This document shows, one piece after another, positions 12,201-24,316 of a stretch of 64,000 bases of DNA (its first letter is position 1; every line of letters begins with the position of its first letter). A model generated the notes under the pieces. The model searched no databases and was not told the origin of the DNA. It saw nothing but the letters and a program-made list of their open reading frames with translations. Position numbers and translations under genes: made by a program. This stretch comes from Squalus acanthias (Eukaryota), in the NCBI GenBank assembly GCA_030390025.1, contig CM059432.1:100752001-100816000 (forward strand). The letters run 5' to 3'.

Positions 12201-12938
12201 GGAGTAGTAAGAGGAGAAAAAAAATACGGAAAAGATGAAATAATGAACACAAATGTAAAAGGTCTTTTATGGGCTGGGGTTAATTGCAGTTTCTGATGGC
12301 TTTATTTTCACACCAATTAAAGGAAAAGCAAAGTATGATGATGTGCTCGATCCAGAATTTTTTTAAATTGACTAAGTAGAACATTATACTGTGGACGGAT
12401 AGGAAAATAGTTCTTTCATCCATGAGAAAAATGTTTCTACTTGCATTTTTATGGATCCTTAATACTAGTCTAGAATATTCAGTATTTGACTGTTCTTTAA
12501 ATCAGGACATTTTTGTTATGTTCCCAAAATGACCAGCTTTCATTTTAACATAATATTGTCTCTGTTTTATTGTTGAACAATGATTTTCAATTGCATAGGC
12601 CCTCCCCCAAGTTAAGAATGATATTTTTCGCATTAGTGAAATCATTTTCTCTGAACTAAATCTAAAATTATAGTACCTCATTATTCTACCTTCAGGCTAC
12701 TGGATTTCAAAAAGGTTAATCAATTGCTATTTGATCCACATTCACCTACATAACAAAGAGATTGCTAAGATTCAGTCAACAATTTTAGAACCCAAGTCAA
12801 CCATGAAAGGATATCTAATTCCATCCCACTCAAACACTAATATTGTCTATTGCGCTGAATCCAGTATGAACACTGCTGTGACTAAATGTTTCATTATCCT
12901 GTGCATGCTATTAACTACAACTCCATAAACCACAACTA

Positions 12939-13187
<249 letters not shown>

Positions 13188-13279
13188 TTAAGAAGCATAT
13201 TTTTTTAAAAAAGGTCTCGAAGGAGAAAGCCATTTTAAACATCTATAAGATCTGAAACAGATGCTTTAATACAGTTGTA

Positions 13280-13515
13280 GTTAAATAATAAAAGTGGAAA
13301 ATGCTGGAAATGTCTTACAGATCAATTGGCACCTGAAATTCAAGAAAGGTTAATATTTCAGGTTTGACCTCTCATCAGAACTGGAATCACAAGCCCAAGA
13401 ATACCAAGATGTAAGAAGGGAGGTGAGAACAATAGGTAGAGGTCAAGAGTTTAAATATTCCAACTACTTTCCAACACTTTCTGTTTTCATTTCAGATCTA
13501 CAACAGATCTGGTTT
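13280..13515. mobile_element. Degraded Penelope-like terminal-repeat remnant with a hammerhead-like core
   Basis: gaaaatgctggaaa near 13296 and its inverted counterpart ttccaacactttctgtttt near 13470. Minus strand 13356-13378 reads CTGATGA-G-AGGT-CAA-ACCT-GAAA. Confidence 0.55.
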
Positions 13516-13598
13516 TTTTTAATTTCTCTTCTGTGTTAAAATTAGGATTGATTACTTTCATATTCAACAATTTATTTTATTTACTGATTAGTATATCA

Positions 13599-13862
<264 letters not shown>

Positions 13863-14156
13863 TCACATTCAAATCTCATTAATGGCTTACAGTCAGACAA
13901 GAATCACTGATGTATGTTCTTTCATTGAACAGATGCTCATTCAAATCAAAGCTCCCTCACTTGAAGATTATTCTTCATTGCAACAACCCCTGCTGCTCTG
14001 TCTGGCACAACCACATTAAATTTACAAAATGGTTCATCAATGAATGGATTAGAATTTATAAAGCAATTTATTTGTATTAAAAGAAAACTGCAGAAGCAGC
14101 ACTGGCAATGCCCTTTAAAACCACAATAAATCAATAGCCGATGTATATTTTAACTG

Positions 14157-14279
14157 TGATGTGGAGATGCCGGTGTTGGACTGGGGTGGACAAAAATGAG
14201 AAGTCGCACAACACCAGGTTACAGTCCAACAGTTTTATTTGAAATCACGAGCTTTTGGAGCGCTGCTCCTTCGTCAGGT
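14157..14279 (-). mobile_element. Penelope-like terminal-repeat fragment with a hammerhead-like core
   Basis: Minus strand: CCTGACGAAGGAGCAGCGCTCCAAAAGCTCGTGATTTCAAATAAAACTGTTGGAC...CCAGTCCAACACCGGCATCTCCAC, i.e. an HHR-like core followed by AATAAA; aactgt(g/c)at occurs on both flanks. Confidence 0.7.
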
Positions 14280-15571
14280 AAACTGTCATTTAACTGTCAT
14301 TTATACGGCAGATTAACACTCACTCTGACCCTTGATACTGATGAATTAACAAGCATTACACAAGTGCATTTTTCAATGGAATAGTACGAGGAAAAATATC
14401 ACAACTATTAAGAAAAAATCTAAATACCTGTCATTTGCATTCACTGGCAATGAAAACTAAATACAAAGCATAAACTAAATGGGTCTGAATTGTGCTTGTA
14501 TAAGTTAATTTGTGAAAGCTGGATTTGAAGGTGCTTATCCCTTGAAACAAGCTGCAGGAACTGTTGGACCTGATAAGTTTCTTCTCAGTTGAGATCCCCA
14601 TAATTTGATACGCTGTGATCAAAAGAAGAGGGTCATGTGTGACCTTTTGATGAACACATGTCCATCCAATCCCCTGTGGTGTAGTGATCAGGCACATTGT
14701 CCAAACTGAGCCATGTCCTCCAGGCTTTATTTTTTTTCAGCTTTTCTCTCCCACATATGCATGATTTCTTTGCTATCATAAAGCCTAACTTCAATAGTCC
14801 ACTCTCGTCATCCAGAAGCACAGATCTGTAAGATCCTGAAATAACTACATTATAGAAGTAACGGAGATGAAGCTCTGAACAATCACTCAGAAATATAATC
14901 AGTGTCGCAATGGGGTATTCCCACAGAATTCACTCCTCACCCTTCCATCTTCAACAGTTGGTGGATTCTTGACACTCCACCAATTTAGAACCACAGTAGT
15001 TATATAGAAGCTATTAAGAATGTGTAAGTGGTTAAAAAAAAGTGTTATGGGTGATGCATCTAACAGTTCGACTAATGTGTTACTGGTGACTTGCATGAAA
15101 GTTCATAATCAGGTTTTTATCTCTGACCACTTGGCCACCTTTCTACTTGCTAAGAAATAGAAAGATTTTTGGATGAATATAGATTCTTATTTGCTTATCT
15201 CAAAAACTTTTAATAGTGATAGATGTAGCTTAGCAGATAACAGACACTTTCGCCACGAGTAAGTCAGAAATTGGTCTTGACCAATCTTGTATTATGCTTT
15301 GATGTTGTGTAAAGACAAATATCTATTTTTCTAATGCAGATCCCTCACAGAATATAGAATCAAAAATTCCTTTACCTATGAAACTGCACACAAAACTGAA
15401 CATGCATAAAGAGTGGCAAAATGATGGGACAGCGTATTAATTGCCAGTAATCTGAGTATACCTACCATTCAAAAACAAATATTAGAAACTCTCGCAAAAA
15501 TGTGGGAAAAAAGTCCAATTCAACTTGCTAATTGAACATGTTAAAAATCACAAATGGATAACGAGCATAGA

Positions 15572-17105
15572 ATTTAATTGCCATTTTAAAGGGGTGCAGA
15601 ACAGAGAGACCTGGGGGTTCACATACACAGATGTGTCAGGAAAAGTGGATAAGGCTGTTAAAAAGCATGCGGGATTCTAGGCTTTATAAATAAAGGCAGA
15701 GGGCAGAATTTTCATTGAGCCGTGGAGGCGGGTTTGGAGGCAGGACTGGATTGAAAATAGCTGAATCGGGGGTCCCGACACCATCCCGCCTCCATGCCAG
15801 TTTCGCTGGAGGTGGGTACCCGACCTGTGCTGGGACCCGCCTCCCCGAGGCGGGAAGGGGATTAGTGGCAATAAACTGCCTTTTAACAGATAGTTAACAG
15901 GCAGTTTTTTGCCTAATCCCTATTTTTATGCCTGAAATGTGGGCTCTCCGACAGGTCCCAACCACTCCGTTTCAGCAAGGTGGACCGTGGGTCTGCAGGG
16001 GTTGGAGGGGTCAATAAATCCGGTGGGCAGGTGAGTGATGGGTGCATGTGTGCAGAGATAAATGTGTAAGGTAAGTGTAAAGTGTGGAAAAAAGTTTTAC
16101 TTACCTTAACTTCCTCCTGCAGGTGTCAGCCCTTCAGGTCTCGGGAGTCAGAAATCTCATCGGCACAGAAAGCAGAATGACCGTTGAGCTGTCAAAAGCT
16201 GCAGCCTCTGCTTTTTGTTCTGCAGAGATCTCTAAATCAGCCTGAGAGGAAGGAATTAACTTAGAGGACAGATTGTCAGTGTTTGACAGCTTCAAAGAGC
16301 TGTCAAACGTTGATATTTCATCTGTCAAAAGCTCTTGACAGATGAAATGTCAATCTGTGAAGTCACCTGTTGCCGGGTGGCCCTTAATTGGCCTGCTGAG
16401 CCCGTTGGGCGGGCTCAACAAGGTCAATCAAGTGAAAATACAGTTTGTTGGCCACAAGTCGATGGAGGCGGGACTACAACCCAAAAAGTGGGAGTCCCGA
16501 CTCCATCACGTCCCCAGTATCAAAATCCAGCCCATAGAGTCAAAAGCAAGGAAGTTATGCTAAACCTTTATAAATCACTGGTTAGGCCTCAGCTGGAGTA
16601 TTGTGTCCATGTGTCCAATTCTGGGCACCACATTTTAGGAAGGATGTTAAGGCCATGGAGAGGATGCAGAGGAGATTTACTGGAATGATATCAAGGATGA
16701 GGGGTTTCACTTCTGTGGTGAGACTAGAGGAGCTGGGATTGTTCTCCTTAGAGCAGAGAAGGTTAAGGGGAGATTTGATAGAGGTATTCAAAATTATCAC
16801 GGGTTTTGATAGAGTAAATAGGCGAAACAGTTACCACTGGCAGAAGGCTCAGAAACCAGATGGCACATTTAAGATGACTGGCAACAGAACCAGAGGGGAG
16901 ATGAAAATGCTATTTTACACAGCGAGTTGTTATGAACTGGAAGCAGATTCAATCGTAACATTCAAAGGGAATTGGATATATAATTGAAAAGGAAACATTT
17001 GCAGGACTATGGGGAAAGAGCAGAGGAATTGGACTAATTGAATAGCTCTGTCAAAGATCCGGCACAGGCACAATGAGCTGAATGGCCTTCTGGGCTGTAT
17101 GATTC
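15572..17105 (+). mobile_element. CR1 LINE 3' fragment split by a Harbinger-type insertion
   Basis: The CR1 run ataaataaaggca...atagagtcaaaagcaagg is interrupted at 15701-16533; ORF 16601..16987. Confidence 0.9.
15701..16533. mobile_element. Harbinger-type non-autonomous element (833 bp)
   Basis: aga|GGGCAGAATTTT ... AAAATCCAGCCC|ata (TSD with one mismatch); right half homologous to 48894-49250. Confidence 0.82.
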
Positions 17106-17199
17106 GAATATATTTTATTTTATTTCTTTATAATGAAACAATTACAAACTGCAAATGCACGAACAGTGAATTGATTTTATTAAGTTGTGCAGCACTAGT

Positions 17200-18192
17200 G
17201 TCATAACGGCACAGAAGAAGGCCATTCGGCCCATCGAGTCCGTGCCGGCTCTCTGTGGAGCAATCCAGTCAGTCCCATTCCCCCGCTCTATCCCTCAAGT
17301 GCCTATCCAGTCTCCCCTTGAAAACATTGAGTGTCTCCGTTTCCACCACTTCCATCGGCAGCGAGTTCCAGGTCCTCACCACTCGCTGCGTAAAAAAGTT
17401 TTTCCTCAGATCCCCACTGTATCTCTTGCCCAAAACCTTAAATCTGTGTCCCCTAGTCCTTGTACCATCAACTAGTGGGAACAGCCTTTCACCGTCTAGC
17501 CTATCCAAACCTGTCATAATCTTGTACACCTCTATCAAATCACCCCGCAACCTCCTTTGCTCTAATGAAAACAAATCCAGCTTCTGTTGTCCTCGTAGCT
17601 AAGATCCCCCATCCCTGGAACCATTCTGGTAAATCTCCTCTGCACCCTCTCAAGGGCCTTCACATCCTTCCTAAAGTGTGGTGACCAGAACTGGACGCAA
17701 TACTCCAGTTGTGGCCTAACCAGCGCTTTATAAAGGTTCAGCATAACTTCTCTACTTTTGTACTCAATACCTCTATTTATGAAGCCTAAGATCCCATATG
17801 CTTTGCTAACCACTCTCTCAATATGTCCTGCCACCTTCAGGGACCTATGCACATTAACTCCCAGGTCCCTCTGTCCCTGCACACTCTTTAAAACCCATTA
17901 AGCGTATATTGCCTCTCCCTGTTTCTTCTGCCAAAATGCATCACCTCACACTTCTCTGTATTAAATTCCATCTGCCACTTGTCTGCCCATTCTGCTAGCC
18001 TTTCTATGTCCTGCTGCAGTTGATTGGTATCATCCTCACTGTTTGTCACCCCCTCAAGTTTGGTGTCATCAGCAAATTTAGAAATTCTACTCTGTATTCC
18101 AATATCCAGGTCATTTATATATATCACAAAAAGCAGTGGCCCCAGCACTGACCCTTGAGGAACACCACTGTCTACCATCCTCCAGTCTGAAC
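17200..18192 (-). mobile_element. CR1 LINE fragment (RT C-terminus and 3' UTR)
   Basis: ORFs 17888..18205 ([18 protein letters not shown]), 17562..17882 and 17269..17574. Confidence 0.93.
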
Positions 18193-19907
18193 ATGTGGTG
18201 TACATGTTTCTTGAATTTGCTACACATTTGCCTCTTTTGTGTTGTGAACTCCTTTGTGTTCATTGTTGATATGTCCTACTGCTAACTACTTTCCTTAATG
18301 AAGGAATCATGCTGTTGGATGGCTGCATAATCAACTGTGATGTTTCAGGTGTACAGAAGGTCCATTATCTGCATCAGTTCTAAGGATCTCTGGTACTGTA
18401 GTTGCTATGTACTTAATGCTTTCGGTCTTCTGTGCAGGACTGCATGATAGCACAGAATTGCTGTTGAAATTAGCTCCCGCTGCCTTGAACTGTGCTACTC
18501 CACAGTGACCACTGATGGAGCACATCCCTTCATGCTAGCTACTGATCTGTGTGAGCATAAAGCAATAAGGTTTCAGAATCCCTTCTTCATGTTTGCTTGT
18601 AACAGTTCTCCAAGCAAGTGGAAGGTGGCTGTGATTGCATCTTGGAGGTTAAAGCATAAAGCACTCATAACATTAGTTGGGGCATTCACAAGAGATGCTC
18701 CTATACAGCTTTAATAACCAAAGTCACCACTGTAGGTGCTACTGATGTTGCCATGTTCACAATGGTAGACAACAATGCAGACAACTGTTGCTCCATGACT
18801 TTATTGATGGGAATGTATAGCTGTGTTTTGAACTCATCGAACTACCTAGACGGTCTTCCAATATCGTACATAAGGAGGTAAATTATATCTCAATCTGGCA
18901 CTTCTGCTGTAATAATCTCTGTTTAAAAGCTTGGCCACTAAGGTCTGTATCCCAATACAACTTAATACAGTTACTCAGCATGCTGGAGTTCCATCGTGAA
19001 CCAGATAGTCACTCCTTCAACTCCACTATTGGAGACATAGATTAATCTGTTAAGGTATTTAACATGAATTTTCCACAGATATTTTTACTTATAGCTTCAC
19101 TCTCTCTGCTTCCTGTATACGTAATGAGAATTCAGTATCACAAAGAAAGTCTTTTTTTCTGTTCCACAGAGTGTTGATATTAATTTCTGGACTATCATTG
19201 ATTTCAAAGCACTCAAAGTAAAATTGGTGCTATGATTTTGACTACATCTGATTTCTCACTAGAGAGCCAGTAAATTTCCAAGTACCTTGAGAACTACCTG
19301 CCGAGGGAAAACAGAAAGAGCTCTAATCCCACTGAGGATTGCCTGAAATGCTGTTAAGACCAATTTCTTCCAGATACATAATAGGCATGGTATTTTTTGG
19401 AAATTAGTACAATGCTTAAGCAGGAGTAATGCCATACTACCACGCAAAATGTATCGTCGCTGTCATCAGGTGTGTAAAGGATCAGAATCAGGTTCCTTCA
19501 GGTTTGTTGATATTTCTGATTTATCTTCTACCTGGGTCAGGGGCCACCTTCCAGTTGTTCTTTACCATTCTATCCCAACTCACCACCCCCTGCCTCCCCA
19601 ACCCCTCCAAATTCTGGATTAAACAGATGCCAATTCAACCAATAATTTTGCTAGGCAGAGTGTATTGCTTTCACTGATTACAATTAATATATAAACTTTC
19701 CTCACTCTCCTCACTGAAACCAATGTGTTGGTGATTGAATTAGTGTTATACTTACAGATCACAGTTGACTTGTTTCATCTGAAATAATTGCCATTTTCAG
19801 TAAATCTTCAGCTTATTATTACAACACAGATTCATTTCAACTCAAAATTGACTGCATGACTAGAATATGATTGGACAAATTATAGGCAGGAATAAGTAAA
19901 ATCCTCA

Positions 19908-20096
<189 letters not shown>

Positions 20097-20255
20097 CTAT
20101 TTAATGTTTGCAATATTATGCAAGGAAAGAATGGTTATAATCTACAAAAGCATTGGAGTCAAAGGCCATTTAAATTACGACTACATTTCAATTGTAATCA
20201 TGGTCTCGGTATTACTTGTCATTACCGGAAGTGGTTCACTCATTTACAACTCTTA

Positions 20256-20874
20256 GGGGCACTAATTTTTAAAAGTTTGAAAAGATGGCGCCAGGCGCTA
20301 ACGATTTCAAGCTTTTGAAACATTCGCCGTTTTGCGTTCCAAGAAGGAAGTGGAGCTAAATCAAGCGCTCCACTTCCTTCTTGGAGCGCAATCGGCAGCA
20401 GGTGGGGCGGAGACTTCAGCAGCACTGCCGCGTTCAAAGACTCCTTCCCTCCCTTAAAGTGCTGCAGGCTTTGCAATTTAAAAAATACCTACCTGGAACA
20501 CCAAGGTAGCCGCAATCCCGCGCGATCAGCCCGGCACTCAAGCAGAAAAAAACTGGAACAAGAAAGGTACGTTTTTTTTTACTTACCTTGGCCACCTCGC
20601 CTTTAATCATCACCCCCAAAGCGGCCGGCTGCCCGATGCACGCCTCCTGCAACTGTCGGTGTTTTCAACTGGCACTGCTGCAGGGGGTGGACGTCAATTT
20701 CGGCTCCGTGGTGCGACCGGGGCGATGCGCACGGCGATGACGCCATGATCTCCGGGTGAAGGAGATCGGGGCGCAATGCTGTAGCGCACCGCAAAACTCC
20801 CGCTGAATATGGCGGGAGTCGATGTCAGCCCCGGGGACGCAAACAGGAGGCGCAAAAGCACCCAATTTTCCCCC
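20256..20874. mobile_element. GC-rich Harbinger-type MITE family B (internally deleted)
   Basis: tta|GGGG ... CCCAATTTTCCCCC|tta (TTA TSD); colinear with 47232-47973. Confidence 0.82.
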
Positions 20875-21029
20875 TTATACTTTTCCATGGGAAAACTGCT
20901 TCAATAATCAAATATGATTACTACAAATCTTAAATTCCGATGTGTTTTTCTTTCCCTCAAAAATAGATGTAATGTGAGCAGTCCCTTCCAGCTCAAGCAA
21001 ACCACTCGAGCCTTCCTAAACACTGATTA

Positions 21030-23369
21030 TGCATGAATGGAAAACCGCAAATTTAACGCCCCTATTCAAACAAGGAGGGAGGCAGAAAGCAGGAAACTGT
21101 AGGCCAGTTAGCCTAACATCTGTCATTGGGAAAATGCTGGAAACCATTATCAAGGAAGTAATGGCAGGACATTTAGAAAATCATAATAAAACCTTGTTGA
21201 CTCTGCTTGATTGTATGAAAGGGAAATCGTGTTTGACAAAGTTACTAGAGTTCTTTGAGGATGTAACGAGCAGGGTGGATATAGGGGAACCAGTAGATGT
21301 AGTGTATTTAGATTTCCAGAAGGCATTCGATAAGGTGCCACATAAAAAGTTACTGCACAAGATAAGAGCTCATGGGGTTGGGGGTAATATATTAGCATGG
21401 ATAGAGGATTGGCTAACTAACAGAAAACAAAGACTCAGGATGAATGAGTCATTTTCAGGTTGGCAAACTAACTAGTGGGGTGTCACAGGGATCAGTGCTG
21501 GGGCCTCAACTATTTACAATCTATATTAATGACTTGGATGAAGGGACCGTGTGTACTGTAGCCAAATTTGCTGATGATACAAAGATAGGTGGGAAAGCAA
21601 GTAGTTAGGAGGACATGAAGGCCGCGATTTTATCAGCACTGAGAGGGCGGGCTTAGAGGCGAGTCAAGGGTTAAAATCATTTTGATTGACGGCGGGTTCC
21701 GATCCCGCCGTCAACCCACCTCCAAACAATTTTCCAAAGTGTCGGGTCCCCAATTTGCGCATGGACCTGACACCTAGCGGCGGGATGAAGATTAAAGCCA
21801 CTTACCTGCCTGTTAACAGGTACTTGATAGTAGTTAACAGGCTCTTTTTCAATTTTGCCGCTTCTGCCTCGGGTTCCCGACGTCTGGACACCACGCCAGG
21901 TAAGTGTGGCATGTTGTGAGTCTGCTGTAATGTATCTGCATTGATAATAGCTGCAGAAGTGGTGTGAAGGATTCAATGGTGCACTGGTGAGTTTCAGAGG
22001 TAAGAAAATGCTGTGAAAATTATTTTTAATGCATTTACACTTTTCTGCAGGTAACAAGTTTTGAAATTGATGTCTAGTCCCACCTCATTGGGAGAACCTC
22101 TTTCACCAGAGACAGATTGCTTCTGTAACCTCACCTGCAGCTGCCATCTGTTCTAGCCTATGGAGGGAGTCATTGGAGAGTCTGGGTGCAAGAGGTCGCC
22201 TTTATACAGTGATTGTCAGTGTTTGCAGCACCTCAATGCTGTCAAACACTGAGAAATGAGCTGTAAAAAAAATTGTGCGTGGTCCCTTTAAGAAAACCGG
22301 CAGATGACGCGTGATCATATGATGTCATCTGACCGGCTTCCTCTTAATTGGCCGGCAAGCCCGCAGGGTGGGCTTAACAAGGTCAATCAGCGTAAAATCA
22401 CATCCGTGGGCTGGATGCAGTTGGGGGCGGGACTGGAACCCGGAAACCACATGACCCACTCCCATCCCGCATCCAATGACAAAATCGCGGCCAAATAGTC
22501 TGCAAAGGGATATAGATAGGTTAAGTGAGTGGGCAAAAATTTGGCAGATGGAGTATAATGTGGGAAAATGTGAGGTTTTCCACTTTGGTAGGAAAAAATA
22601 AAAAAGCAAATTATTATTTAGATGGAGAGAGACTACAAAATGCTGTGGTACAGAGGGATCTGGGGGTCCTCGAACATGAAACACAAAAAGTTAGCATGCA
22701 GGTACAATAACTAATTAGGAAGGCAAATGGAATGTTGGCCTTTATTGCAAGGGGATGGAGTATAAAAGTAGGGAAGTTTTGCTACAACTGTACAGGGCGC
22801 TGGTGAGACCACACCTGCAGTACTGCGTGCAGTTTTAGTCTCCTTATTTAAGGATGGATATACTTGCATTGGAGGCAGTTCAGAGAAGGTTCACTAGGTT
22901 GATTCCTAAGATGAAGGGGTTGTCTTATGAAGAAAAGTTGAGCCTACACTCATTGGAGTTTAGAAGAATGAGAGGTGATCTTATTGAAACATATAAGATT
23001 CTGAGGGGGCTTGACAGGGTAGATGAAGGTAGGATGTTTCCCCTCATGGGGGAAACTAGAACGAGGGGGCATAGTTTCAGGATAAGGGGTCGCCCATTTA
23101 AAACGGAGATGAGGTGGAATTTCTTCTCTCAGAGGGTCGTGAATCTTTGGAATTCTCTATCCCAGAGAGCTGTGGAGGCGGAGTCATTGAATATATTCAA
23201 GGCGGAGATAGACATATATTTGAGCTACAGGGGAGTCAAGGGTTATGGGGAGCAGGCGGGAAAGTGGAGTTGAGGCCAAGATCAGATCAGCCATGACCTT
23301 ATTGAATGGCGGGGCAGACTCGTGGGGCCGAATGGCCTACTCCTGCTCCTATTTCTTATGTTCTTATGA
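21030..23369 (+). mobile_element. CR1 LINE fragment (RT to 3' tail) split by a Harbinger-type element
   Basis: ORFs 21029..21475 and 22854..23273; tail ctcctatttcttatgttcttatg. Confidence 0.93.
21620..22492. mobile_element. Harbinger-type non-autonomous element (873 bp)
   Basis: Perfect 12-bp TIRs GGCCGCGATTTT and AAAATCGCGGCC, flanked by gaa and aaa; right part homologous to the Myb start and upstream region of 9231-10919. Confidence 0.88.
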
Positions 23370-23556
23370 ATCACTCCCAACAAATTGCTCCGGCAATTAC
23401 TGTAAATTGTGCTACTCTCTAGCACTATCATACAGATGTGTCTTCAGAGTGAGTTGAGTTACCCAGAATATAGAACTATGTCACACGGCAAACCATCCTT
23501 TGATTCAGACTGATAAGAGTAAGTGGTATGTGAACACAGATAGTGAAATTCAAGGG

Positions 23557-23758
23557 CAATAACCTGTTATTGATACAATGCTCCTCAATAACTGTTATTG
23601 ATACAATGCTCCTCAATGACCTGTTATTGATACAATGTTCCTCAATAACTGTTAGTGATACAATGCTCCTCAATAACTGTTAGTGATACAATGCTCCTCA
23701 ATAACTGTTATTGATACAATGTTCCTCAATAACTGTTAGTGATACAATGCTCCTCAAT
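23557..23758. repeat. Minisatellite, about 7 copies of a 28-bp unit
   Basis: Unit AATAACTGTTA(T/G)TGATACAATG(C/T)TCCTC repeated head to tail without spacers. Confidence 0.95.
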
Positions 23759-23884
23759 TGGCAGCTGTGGGTGCAAAGCTTGTCATGGAGGTAGAAAATC
23801 CTCAACTGGATTTTTTAAAAATTCTTCATTAATAACAGTGAAAAGCAATTTATATTGCTGTTGTTTGCTCAGTAATGTTACATA

Positions 23885-24017
23885 AGGGAATCAAGGGATA
23901 TGAGGATAGTGCAGGAAAGTGGAGTTGAGGTAGAAGATCAGCCATGATCTTATTGAATGGTGCAGGCTCGAGGGGCCGAATGGCCTATTCCTGCTCCTAT
24001 TTCTTATGTTCTTATGT
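23885..24017 (+). mobile_element. Isolated CR1 3' UTR and tail
   Basis: agggaatcaagggatatg...gatcagccatgatcttattgaatgg...ctcctatttcttatgttcttatg. Confidence 0.88.
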
Positions 24018-24316
24018 TGCAGTGGCTGTATTTAACGACTCTTGCAGTGTGCTGTAGATGGTACAACATATATGTGTTTTATTTCTATGTCACTTTGCTT
24101 CCTCGAATGAAAAAGGAATACTCAATAGTAAGGCCTGAAATTCTCAATGAATAATGGGAGGAGACACCTTTTTCTCTACAACTAACAGCTCTCTAACAAA
24201 GTCTAAAAAATAACACTTCAAAAACCACGTGTGTCTGCGATTTAACTAGCGAATCAGTAAATATGGAAAACAGAGGCATTTTCTCAATTTTCATATATGG
24301 GACCAGTTACAGCCAT

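Noticed and set aside
23557..23758. CRISPR-like array of 28-bp repeats
   Set aside because: The units are contiguous with no unique spacers, no cas genes are present, and the context is a vertebrate intron; it is a minisatellite.
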